From contig CAVYCR010000005.1 of assembly GCA_963767115.1 (NCBI GenBank), forward strand, positions 25,582 to 89,581: DNA of 64,000 bases, read 5' to 3'. The translations under genes and the position numbers were made by a program. Below, piece after piece: positions 46,701-55,084 of the stretch. The notes under the pieces were generated by a model. That model had not been told where the DNA came from. It was given only the letters and a program-made list of their open reading frames with translations, and searched no databases. Within the stretch, counting starts at the first letter, position 1; the number at the start of each line of letters is the position of its first letter. Source of the DNA: Candidatus Kaiserbacteria bacterium (GTDB lineage Bacteria > Patescibacteriota > Minisyncoccia > Phycocordibacterales > UBA2100).

Positions 46701-48911
46701 TATGCCGGTCTGTTGTCCTTCAACACGAAGATTATTTACATTTATCAACCGGAGAGCGCTTGCACCATTGCTGTGCAGTACAAATCCAGGGCCATTGGGC
46801 GCAAATATATTGACATCCTGAAAGGTAACCTCATTAGTGGCATCGCCGCTAGTTGTATTTGTTGACAGCAAATCAACGCCTGGATGAGTAGCATTACCAC
46901 TATTAAAACAATGCAAGTTTTCAATATATGATTCGCGAATATAGGCTTGCGTGGGAACATTTTTTGTAACCCCCGTTCGGAAGCAGCTCCCGTTCATATG
47001 ATCAACAAAGACGGAATCGATGCTGACGTAATCATCTCTATCAAAAAGCGTGATGGCGTTTTGCGTGTTTGTCGCACTTTGATCACCGACTATATGGAGA
47101 TCCGCGAGTATCGGACCCGCGCCTTGCGAAGAAACAAGCAGGGTTGGGGATCCGTATGGTGCCGGATTATTCGCGCCGCCCCAGGCTTCCGACCAAGAAA
47201 ATACATCGCCGGAAAGCGACGGCGCAGCATAGATAAATGTCTGTTCCGTACCCGCCCCCTTGATGCAACCAGCCACCTTGCTAAATGTGGGTAATGCCGA
47301 TGTTATAAGATAAATACCTCCAGGTGCGTACAGGCAGGTGGGTGCCCCCGCTTTATCCAATGTCGCAACATAATTTATAGCGTTTGACCAAGCATTTGTA
47401 TCATCTGTTCCGTAGGTAAATTGACCACCGGTCACAAAACTCCCGGAGAATGTAGCGCCAGTTCCCGAACCACTTGTTGAGGACTGAGTGAGCGTAGATG
47501 CCGTAGCACTGTAAGTGCCCGGCGTTGTAACGACTGGCAAAAGGACACCCATAACAAGTGAGACTGTTGCGCCTGAGAGTGAACCGCAGCCGGTGACAGG
47601 TTCTGCAGAAAGAGAAGTTGGATTTGCCGAATACTGACCATAATTGGTAAAAGTCCCGATAGAAGTAATAACACCAGAGGTGAGAGTAACATTCATACTG
47701 AATTTACGCTCACCGGAACCAGTTGTTCCAGTCGCTACACAAGAACCACTGCTTGAACCGGTGCTTGTGGTGCCCCCAGTGCCTCCAGATACAAGCGTGG
47801 CGCTCATTACTTTTGTTCTATCAACCGTAACTATTGCAGGGACCGATGCTGTACCTCCCAAGAGAGTAATAGTATCGCCGGGCACATAACTACCCGAGCC
47901 GCTTTGGGCAGTGCTTACAAAAACACTGTAAAGAAAACTGTACGGCACACTTGTGGCTGCATTAGCTCCGAGCGTGACATGGTGAGAGTCAGTAAATCCC
48001 GTTATTGTAGTTTGTAACGACGAGGTACCGCTGCCTGCATAATCAATCCAAATTGTTTTGCCTACATCGGCTGATGTAAAGGTTGCCGAATTGCTCGAAA
48101 AAGCACTCGACCCTTGAGTGATTGTCCCGTCGGAATAGCTGAGAGCATTACCCGCCGCACCAAAGTCTTTGACGCTGATAGTGTCAGAGAGTTTGCTTTG
48201 AACACTTCTGGTGATGGAGGTCGAGGTTGATTGCAAAAATTGCAAGCCCGAGACAACCCCAGATGCGGAGGTTGTGCCGGTGCCGCCATTGGCGATTGAG
48301 AGCGCAGTGCCGAGCGTAAGGCCGCCGGAAAAATATCCATTGCCACCGACCGAGAGAGTTTGTGACGGCGAGCTAGTGCCGATGCCGACATTGCCAGTGG
48401 TATAAAAAATATTTGAAATATTGGTTGTCCACTGTGACCCTACAATGCCGAGTGAGGAGGTGGCGGTAAGCGAGTAGCCACCACTATTATTTCCTACTAA
48501 CACTTGACCGTAAGTCGGCGAAGCTGCGAGGCCCGTACCACCGTTGGCAATACCAAGCACGCCGGTTACGTCGCTTGAAAGATTAACAAGCGCAGTCGTA
48601 ATGACACCTGCTACAGCCTTGAGTATTCCCGTAACATTGCCGATAGCAAGATTACCGGATACCGATACATTTCCTGCGAAGGTCGAGGTGGCGGTAGTCG
48701 AAGTTGCCACAAATGTGCCTGCGGTGTTAGCGACAACAACACAAGTCGGATCAGTCGGGGTGCAGGAAGGGTTAAGTGTTTGTCCGGGCAGATATGAAGC
48801 GAGAGCTGCTGTTGGCAAAAGTAGTAATGCAGCGAGCGTCAAAACGGCCGCCGCGCGTGGAGCTGTAATTTTTATTGAAATAGAGCGGAGCGAAAATATA
48901 TATTCATGCAT
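43794..48911 (-). CDS. giant tail-fibre/tailspike-like surface protein (pectate-lyase-like beta-helix, hep_Hag-like repeats, S74 chaperone-type domain, Ig-like DUF5011-type domain)
   Basis: The start is set at MHEYIFSL... (signal-like AAVLTLAALLLLPTAALA); the ORF extends to 49085. Recognisable segments include IANGGTGLA repeats, SVKDFGAAGN (Pectate_lyase_3-like) and two repeat blocks of about 335 aa (DIGNLLFASGLAST / DIGNLIFATGLAST). It also has SSDQRLKTDI...GFIAQQVQQIFPELV (Peptidase_S74-type) and a C-terminal PPIIQVNGDNPATINLGDTYSDLGAT. Confidence 0.85.
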   Translation of the reverse strand: MHEYIFSLRSISIKITAPRAAAVLTLAALLLLPTAALASYLPGQTLNPSCTPTDPTCVVVANTAGTFVATSTTATSTFAGNVSVSGNLAIGNVTGILKAVAGVITTALVNLSSDVTGVLGIANGGTGLAASPTYGQVLVGNNSGGYSLTATSSLGIVGSQWTTNISNIFYTTGNVGIGTSSPSQTLSVGGNGYFSGGLTLGTALSIANGGTGTTSASGVVSGLQFLQSTSTSITRSVQSKLSDTISVKDFGAAGNALSYSDGTITQGSSAFSSNSATFTSADVGKTIWIDYAGSGTSSLQTTITGFTDSHHVTLGANAATSVPYSFLYSVFVSTAQSGSGSYVPGDTITLLGGTASVPAIVTVDRTKVMSATLVSGGTGGTTSTGSSSGSCVATGTTGSGERKFSMNVTLTSGVITSIGTFTNYGQYSANPTSLSAEPVTGCGSLSGATVSLVMGVLLPVVTTPGTYSATASTLTQSSTSGSGTGATFSGSFVTGGQFTYGTDDTNAWSNAINYVATLDKAGAPTCLYAPGGIYLITSALPTFSKVAGCIKGAGTEQTFIYAAPSLSGDVFSWSEAWGGANNPAPYGSPTLLVSSQGAGPILADLHIVGDQSATNTQNAITLFDRDDYVSIDSVFVDHMNGSCFRTGVTKNVPTQAYIRESYIENLHCFNSGNATHPGVDLLSTNTTSGDATNEVTFQDVNIFAPNGPGFVLHSNGASALRLINVNNLRVEGQQTGIEPGNLVQIGDSSLVGLVDTISFNQLQLISPYLGYAALDVTADSSTDQPYYINVNNAETSGSPYGQGLRIEAGRSMSFNFQGIGTNDYQLYVAASPLVGSGITVSDNGAESSLYASIDSSSVGSVKTPSGQPIASLSSYNTSFGSTALSANTTGSNNAAFGYGALSINTTGANITAIGYLAGASVTNPSSGTFIGSKAGFSNTTGFGNVCIGSGACYSNAQGSDNTVIGTNAGYNLLTGSGYNVLIGFGGNNSNVYPTTAKDSIEIGDQLNVLPNNAYARLDIGNLLFASGLASTTVVSSGQFGIGTSSPYARFSIAANSGDTNTTLFVIASSTPGATTTLFSIDNTGSTTIANGVNITGGCFAINGSCLVSGSGAQTNTVNTWTVLQTFNNGLNTLGTTGGYQIDGNLILQASTTNSSLLVGQSAGANLLASTSAAGNIAIGFQALQNATSSSYNTALGYQALKSSATISNPGFNTAVGYQGLTAITSGFYNTSLGYFAGKNNTSGNQGTFVGAFAGQVQVSGNANVYVGYNAGQAGTTAFGNTCLGANSCFQNTQASNNIAIGGGAGYKLGTGSSNNIIIGLGNSTDANQPTTDKDSIIIGNQLSALSNSAYASLDIGNLIFATGLASTSAISTGNVGIGTTTPYSRLTVWGTDTASTSPFAVVNSASTTVFAVFDNGNATYSGSIYQSSDQRLKTDILSLDASSSLADIEGLNPVSYTRLDQEDGTNLGFIAQQVQQIFPELVSTTSATALTPNGTLTLNYVGLIAPMVKAIQALGTEIASLEQTVASFAQSFTTNILTANTGNFQKLCVQKSDGTSVCVTGDQLATVLAGSGQQSSGSDDTDPQSSDTSASTTPPIIQVNGDNPATINLGDTYSDLGATITGPKADLNLGVQTFVGTTPMSQAVIDTSAPATYHIYYVVTDANGLTSTSTRTVIVQAVTSEDNSNSDAATSSADDTASTTPTQNN

Positions 48912-49204
48912 AGAAACTAAAGAAAAGGAGTGGCTCCGTATAACGGCTCCTACTATCAAATTGTACCTTACCCTGCAGCGCTGTGGGGGGGGTGTTAACA
49001 AGCACGGGGACAAGTATTTTGATGTATTGAAAAAGCCCCTAAGAAGGAGCTCAATAGCCGCCTCAATCGGTGGTGTAGAGAACATGATAGCCCCGAAATG
49101 GGCTACCGTCCAAGACCCTAGCAGAACCCAGTGTTTTGCGAAGGGACCAAACTACCAGACAACTATTCGTTGGCCTTGCGAAGAGCAGAGAAAAAATTTG
49201 GTTG

Positions 49205-49382
49205 CGACGAATTCTCCGGCGGCACGATAGTAAAGTATTATAAATATATTCTGTATTTATACATTATCAATATATCTAGTTAATATATACATATATTTAA
49301 AGCCGATATTGTTATATAGATAATGCAATAATAATATTTATATAGATAATTTTATACCGTGGAGCCGCCGGGGAATTGGTCG
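49205..49382. repeat. 19-bp imperfect inverted repeat flanking an extremely AT-rich core of about 130 bp
   Basis: CGACGAATTCTCCGGCGGC (49205-49223) pairs with GCCGCCGGGGAATTGGTCG (49364-49382) at 17 of 19 positions. The core is full of TATATA/ATATAT runs. Confidence 0.7.
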
Positions 49383-49473
49383 GAAAAGATCCTGCCGTTC
49401 GGTCGCGCAAGCGCATTTACCTTTACAAATGAGGAGATAATGTGTCAGAATGCGAAAAATGACCCCGCGAGGC

Positions 49474-49501
49474 TTGACCACCGTTAGCGGGAGCGTAAAC
49501 T
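49474..49501 (+). promoter_or_regulatory. sigma70-like promoter upstream of the 3-gene cassette
   Basis: TTGACC (49474-49479), a 16-nt spacer, then TAAACT (49496-49501), about 50 nt upstream of the ATG at 49555. Confidence 0.4.
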
Positions 49502-49554
49502 GCTATCAATTATGTACGCATGGCATAATTATAAGCTAATCAATATCCAAACGT

Positions 49555-49956
49555 ATGGCAAAAGATGCAATTCTCACGCGCGTTGAAGAATTGGAAAAGC
49601 GCGTTGAACAGCTCGAAAGGAGCTTGAGTGGACCGATCCCTCGATCGGCGATAACGAAGAAATTATCAGCGAAGGAGTTCCTCATGACAAAGACTGCCAA
49701 GGCAGACACGCAAAAGGTCCTCGCCTTAGGATACTTCCTCGAGCATATGGGTGGTACCCCTTCTTTCAATGTACCTGACCTTGTAGGGGCATTCCGTGCG
49801 GCGAGGGAGAAGCTACCGGCCAACATGAATGACGCCGTCAACAAAAATATTGCGCGCGGCTTTTTCATGGCCGCGGATGCACCAAAAGATGCAAAAAAGG
49901 CTTGGTACCTGACGGCCACCGGTGAGCGATACGTAGAGAATGACATGAATCAATAA
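49555..49956 (+). CDS. cassette gene 1: hypothetical protein (coiled-coil N-terminus, wHTH-like C-terminus)
   Basis: 133 aa: MAKDAILTRVEELEKRVEQLERSL..., ending KKAWYLTATGERYVEN. I recognise no family. Confidence 0.7.
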   Translation: MAKDAILTRVEELEKRVEQLERSLSGPIPRSAITKKLSAKEFLMTKTAKADTQKVLALGYFLEHMGGTPSFNVPDLVGAFRAAREKLPANMNDAVNKNIARGFFMAADAPKDAKKAWYLTATGERYVENDMNQ

Positions 49957-49966
49957 ATTCAAGAAT

Positions 49967-50518
49967 ATGGCAAAAAATATTCAAATGGATGCAATGTCGA
50001 AGATCATCGCGATCTTGACTCCTTTACCCTCTGAGGAGCGAAGTCGCGTTATGAACGCAGCGATGATGCTGCTCGGCGAAGCGTCGCCTAAGTTGGGTGC
50101 CGTGAGTACGGATGATGAAGTGGGGGCCGTATCCAACCTGTCCCCTCGTGCAAAAGCGTGGATGAAGCAAAACTCGGTGACGAACGAGGAGCTGGAGCAG
50201 GTATTCCATATGTCCGAAACCGGTACGGAAGTGATTGCTTCTCACATACCGGGGAAAAACAAGAAGGAACAGACTTACAACGCCTACATCCTCACTGGCA
50301 TCGCACAGTTACTGGCAACAGGTAATCCTTCGTTTCAGGACAAGACCGCTCGCACGCTTTGCGAATCATCAGGTTGTTACGACAGCGCAAATCACTCTGC
50401 GCATCTGAAGGATCGGGGCAACGAATTCACCGGCACGAAGGACAAGGGATGGACCCTTACGGCCCCAGGGCTCAAACGCGGCGCGGAAGTCATAAAAGAG
50501 CTGAATAAATCCGAATGA
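49967..50518 (+). CDS. cassette gene 2: hypothetical protein
   Basis: 183 aa, 10 nt after gene 1, ending KGWTLTAPGLKRGAEVIKEL. Its stop overlaps the gene 3 start (ATGA). Confidence 0.7.
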   Translation: MAKNIQMDAMSKIIAILTPLPSEERSRVMNAAMMLLGEASPKLGAVSTDDEVGAVSNLSPRAKAWMKQNSVTNEELEQVFHMSETGTEVIASHIPGKNKKEQTYNAYILTGIAQLLATGNPSFQDKTARTLCESSGCYDSANHSAHLKDRGNEFTGTKDKGWTLTAPGLKRGAEVIKELNKSE

Positions 50519-51291
50519 TCGACAATACCAAAATACTTGCTGGACTGCCTTCCGGTCTTCGCGATCCCCTCCTTGAGAGCTATAAGGAAATCGGCAGGAA
50601 TTTCCTTGAGCATCGCTGGGAACCTGCCGAGCTTAATGGAGGCAAGTTTTGCGAAGTCGTTTATTCTATCATCGCTGGCAATTTGTCGGGCAAATATCCG
50701 GCACGTCCCTCGAAACCGAAGGATATGCTGAAAGACTGTCGTGCCCTTGAGATGACTCCACCTGACCCGAAGCGTGTCGGTGACCGAAGCCTCCGAATAC
50801 TTATTCCACGCGTTTTACCGGCCCTCTACGAAATACGCAATAACCGAGGCGTCGGTCATGTTGGCGGTGAAGTGGATCCAAACTATATGGATGCGACTGC
50901 TGTGTATACGATGGCCAGCTGGGTGCTGGCAGAACTCGTTCGAGTATTTCACTCTGTCTCGACGAAGGATGCTCAAGACGCGGTGGATAGTCTCGTAGAA
51001 AGAAAGCACCCATTGATCTGGGAGATCGAAGATGTAAAGCGCGTTCTAGACCCTGAAATGCCGAAGTCAGATCAAGCGTTACTCCTGCTCTACTCAGAAC
51101 CCACATGGGTATCCGAGAAAGATCTCTTCGCTTGGGTGGAATATAGCAGTTCAGGAATGTTCAAAAGACGAGTATTGGAAGTCCTGCATACCGCACGTCT
51201 AATTGAATACGACTCAGCAAATGCACGGGTACGCATTTCCCCAAAGGGGGTGATAGATGTGGAGCAGAGATTACTCAAAACAAGGATCTAA
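50515..51291 (+). CDS. cassette gene 3: Abi_C/HEPN-like protein with C-terminal wHTH-like tail
   Basis: 258 aa. The segment LYEIRNNRGVGHVGGEVDPNYMDATAVYTMASWVLAELVRVF (R108..H115, nt 50836-50859) fits the R-x(4-6)-H HEPN / Abi_C RN..G.(A/G)HG pattern. The tail is RRVLEVLHTARLIEYDSANARVRISPKGV. Confidence 0.7.
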   Translation: MIDNTKILAGLPSGLRDPLLESYKEIGRNFLEHRWEPAELNGGKFCEVVYSIIAGNLSGKYPARPSKPKDMLKDCRALEMTPPDPKRVGDRSLRILIPRVLPALYEIRNNRGVGHVGGEVDPNYMDATAVYTMASWVLAELVRVFHSVSTKDAQDAVDSLVERKHPLIWEIEDVKRVLDPEMPKSDQALLLLYSEPTWVSEKDLFAWVEYSSSGMFKRRVLEVLHTARLIEYDSANARVRISPKGVIDVEQRLLKTRI

Positions 51292-51355
51292 AGTTACCAA
51301 CACTGTCCTATCAGTGCCTTGACTACCCCAGCCGTTGCGTCATCCCTTAAGGGGT

Positions 51356-53050
51356 ATGAACAGAGCAGTATTTTACGCCCGAGTAAGCTCGGATTTGCAG
51401 CACAAAGAACGTTCGATCGAGAGCCAGATCGCAGAGCTGAAGAGGCAGATCGAGAAGTCCGGCAGCAAACTGGTCAAAGAGTACGTCGATAACGGGTACA
51501 GCGGAGCATTGCTCGACAGGCCAGCGATGGACCAACTGCGAAAGGATCTGCGGACGAATGTCTTCGACACGATCTACATCTTGAATACTGACCGCATCGC
51601 GCGCGACGTGACGCATCAGAACATCATCGTCGGCGAGATGCTGCGATACAAGAAACAGATCATCATTAACGGCAAAGATTACATTCATAATCCTGAGAAT
51701 AAATTCACGCTTACAGTACTCGGTGCGGTGTCAGAGCTGGAGCGAGCAAAACTGATCGAGCGTACGACGCGTGGCAGACAGCATCGCTTACGACAAGGAA
51801 TATTGCTCGGCAATGGACATCAGCTGTACGGGTACACATACAGCAAGAAGACTCCTACTTCATGGCCTTCGTATGCGATCAATGAGAAAGAGGCCAAGGT
51901 CGTACGATACATTTTCAATACATATGCCGAGGGCGGCGTCGGTATACATACCATCGCAACACAACTTGATCGTATGGGCGTGGAGAAAAGGCGCGGGAGA
52001 AACTGTCTCGAATATTCAGGGGTCGAAGGTATTTTAAATAACGAGACATATACGGGCTTCCGGTACTTCAATACCATGAAGCAAACGCGGGTGCCTTCAG
52101 ATCCAATGTCCAAGGCGAAGCAGGGCAAAATGGAACGTACGCCACGGTCAGAATGGATTGGTATTCCCGTACCCGCGATCATTTCCAAGAAGATATTTGA
52201 AAAGGTCAGAAAACGCCTTGAACACAACCACGCGTGCTGGCGCAATTCAAGACAGCCACAATTACTTTCCAACTTAGTCTGGTGCGGCATGTGCGAGACA
52301 CGCTGCTACGCACTACGACGCTCGTATCAGATAGAGCGAAGCAACGGGACATATAGGTATCGGCGGATCGTATACGTATGCAGATCGAAAAGCGCATCCG
52401 GTCACATTCCTGAGATCGCTGGTCATGCACTAGAAACACTGACCTTCGACATGATACGAGAGACGATGCTGGTGCCGGAAAGACTACATGAGTGCATTGA
52501 CCTATTGCATAAGCGAGCTAATGCGGGAAAACTGGAACAGCAATTACTGCATTTGGAAGAAAGAATACGAGTAATCGCCCAGCAGAAAAAGCGCATTATC
52601 GATCTGTATGCTTCTGGTGATCTCGAACACGAGGAATATATAAAGCGTATCCGCATCTACGATACCGAAACGACGGCCTTGAAGGAAAAACGCGATGGCC
52701 CTGCCAAATATGCTCCCCTGCTACAAAAGCCGGAGCTGATCGAAGCTGGGATCTCAAAGTACTGCCAGATTGTGCAGACGCGATTCAAGCAATGCGCCGA
52801 TTTTGAGACGAAGCGGAAGTTCTTGCAGGAGTATGTGAGCAAGGTTACGTATCATCGAAAGAACAAGGCTACAACAAAGGTGAAGGTATGTGGATCGATT
52901 CCGATACAGATAGGACCGGAAACGGTCGGCGTGGAGTTCACCATCGAACACAACATGGACTGGCACGAAATGATGGCGAGGTCGCCGAAGCAGTCAGAAC
53001 CATCAGTCGGGTATGACTACGTGCATCCATTCTCAAAAATAACGGTATGA
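51356..53050 (+). CDS. large serine recombinase 1
   Basis: Resolvase catalytic N-terminus (AVFYARVSSDLQ...SIESQ), a recombinase domain, a Cys-rich zinc ribbon (CGMCETRCY...YVCRSK) and a coiled coil. An AAGGGG SD precedes the ATG at 51356. Confidence 0.9.
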   Translation: MNRAVFYARVSSDLQHKERSIESQIAELKRQIEKSGSKLVKEYVDNGYSGALLDRPAMDQLRKDLRTNVFDTIYILNTDRIARDVTHQNIIVGEMLRYKKQIIINGKDYIHNPENKFTLTVLGAVSELERAKLIERTTRGRQHRLRQGILLGNGHQLYGYTYSKKTPTSWPSYAINEKEAKVVRYIFNTYAEGGVGIHTIATQLDRMGVEKRRGRNCLEYSGVEGILNNETYTGFRYFNTMKQTRVPSDPMSKAKQGKMERTPRSEWIGIPVPAIISKKIFEKVRKRLEHNHACWRNSRQPQLLSNLVWCGMCETRCYALRRSYQIERSNGTYRYRRIVYVCRSKSASGHIPEIAGHALETLTFDMIRETMLVPERLHECIDLLHKRANAGKLEQQLLHLEERIRVIAQQKKRIIDLYASGDLEHEEYIKRIRIYDTETTALKEKRDGPAKYAPLLQKPELIEAGISKYCQIVQTRFKQCADFETKRKFLQEYVSKVTYHRKNKATTKVKVCGSIPIQIGPETVGVEFTIEHNMDWHEMMARSPKQSEPSVGYDYVHPFSKITV

Positions 53051-54718
53051 AGAAGGCAGTTATCTACGCGAGAGTCAGTACCGATATCCAGCAGAAGGAA
53101 GGCACGATTGAAAGCCAAGTAATTGAACTCAAGCGGCAAGTAGTTGCCGCTGGTGATGTCCTTGTAAAGGAATATATAGACAACGGGTATAGCGGGGCGA
53201 AGTTGGATCGTCCCGCACTCGACCAGATGCGGAAGGATCTTGGCTCGGGGCTTTTCGATACGATCTACTTCCTTAACACAGATCGTATCGCGCGAGATGT
53301 GACCTTTCAAAATATCATCGTCACGGAAATCCTGAGGCACAAGAAACAGATCATCATTAACGGGAAAGATTATATTCATAACCCTGAGAATAAGTTCGAG
53401 CTGACCGTACTGGGTGCAGTTGCAGAACTGGAACGCGCGAAGATGATCGAGCGCAGTTTGCGGGGAAAACAGCATCGGCTCAAACAAGGATTCCTTCTAG
53501 GTCATGGCTACAACATTTACGGATATGACTATTCAAAGCGCGCTTCCGACATCCCTGCGAAGCTGACCGTCAACGAGAAGGAGGCAAAGATCGTACGGTA
53601 CATTTTTGAGAACTTCGCTAAGGGCGAAGCCAGCGTATGGCAGATGACGCGACACCTTGAGAAAAGCGGTATACCTACCAAAACTGGCAAAAAGCTTTGG
53701 AATATCGATGGACTCAAGCGTATGCTCAGAAATCCTACGTATGCGGGTACGAGGTATTTCAATACGAGACGGCTCACGAAGGAGCATGCCAGCCCATTAC
53801 GCGGACTCGAGTACGGCAAGAAGGTATGGAGGCCGCGTTCAGAATGGGTCGGTGTAAAAGTGCCTGCCATCATATCTCAAAAACTCTTCAATCAGGTGCA
53901 AGCAAAAACTGAATACAACAAGATCCACTACTACCATCCCAAAACCAAGCAGCTCCTTTGTAATCTCGTTGAGTGCGGCGAATGCAATTCAAGCTACTAC
54001 GCCTATCAGCGGTACTACCGAGAGAAACGACGCGGTCCGATGCGAGTGCGCCACAAGATCGCGTACTCTTGCAACAAACGGGCCGTAGACAAAATGCATC
54101 ACAAGGATCTGGTAAAGCCATGCCGGAACCCTGAGATCAAAGCTGAGATGTTGGAAACGTGCGTTTTCCGCATGATCGAAAATGTCATGCTCAATCCCGA
54201 AACTCTACGAGCGCACATGGATTTCTTCAATAAGAAACAACGTGCCGATCAATTGAGGCTTGAGGGTCAGCTGAAGAAAATTGATGAGAAGATCCACGCA
54301 ATCGGTGAACAGAAAAAGCGCATGGTCGATGAGTATGCGTCGGGTGATATTTCCCAAGAGGACTATATCGAGAGGAACATCACACATGATCGGACGATAA
54401 ACAAGCTTGGGACGAAAAAGAAAAGATTTAGTCAGTCGCATTCCCCTACTGCATAAAGCAGAGATCGTTGATCTGAACCTACGCCGATATTGCGAAGCAA
54501 TTAAAGCTCGATACGAGCAGTGCGTGGATTTTGATACTAAGCGCAAGTTCCTACTGGACTACATCGGCCAGGTTATATTCGTAAGAGATGCCGTTACTGT
54601 ATACGGATCCGTGCCTATAAGACTAAAGGCGTATGAAGACCCAGAGCAGACGAGTGAAGCGGGTAAATTACAATTCCGAATCGAGGGAAAGATTGATAGG
54701 AGCAAGAAATTAATCTAG
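53047..54718 (+). CDS. large serine recombinase 2 (paralog), one frameshift in an A-run at 54415-54424
   Basis: Its start overlaps the recombinase 1 stop (ATGA). It has AVIYARVSTDIQ and CGECNSSYY...YSCNKR. The C-terminus continues in ORF 54407..54718 (KDLVSRIPLLHKAEIVD...DFDTKRKFL), parallel to the recombinase 1 C-terminus. Confidence 0.85.
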
Positions 54719-54760
54719 TTCGCACATTGTTTGCGTCTTTGTAGTGGGTGTCTAGGTGGC

Positions 54761-55057
54761 TTATAGAGCTTCCTTGTTTTTGCTCATTTTTCTCCTCCTA
54801 TACAAAAGAAAAAGAAGTAGGAGGCCCGCAACAGCGATAAATAGAGTCCCATACCGTATGACCTCATCAGATACTAACCTGATTTGTAGAGGGAAATTAT
54901 ATTGATGAACAAAAAAATCAAAGATGTTTATTAAAAAACCTCCGAGAAAAAGAATCCACCCCCATAAGAAAACACGGATATGCTCACGCCTCCAAATATA
55001 AAATAGGAATATCGCGCAGAGAAGAAATATAATGCTAAAAAATAAATCGGGTATCAT
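54761..55057 (-). CDS. small 3-TM membrane protein (candidate immunity protein for the RHS tip)
   Basis: 98 aa, starting 27 nt downstream of the RHS-CT stop, in AT-rich DNA. Confidence 0.55.
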   Translation of the reverse strand: MIPDLFFSIIFLLCAIFLFYIWRREHIRVFLWGWILFLGGFLINIFDFFVHQYNFPLQIRLVSDEVIRYGTLFIAVAGLLLLFLLYRRRKMSKNKEAL

Positions 55058-55084
55058 AAAGATTTTGATTTTATAATAAATCTA

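Noticed and set aside
48912-49085. 58-codon N-terminal extension of the giant protein ORF (MFSTPPIEAAIELL...)
   Set aside because: The extension precedes a much better signal-peptide-like start (MHEYIFSL...AAVLTLAALLLLPTAALA) and contains the C8 tract. It was not excluded outright, but the shorter start is preferred.
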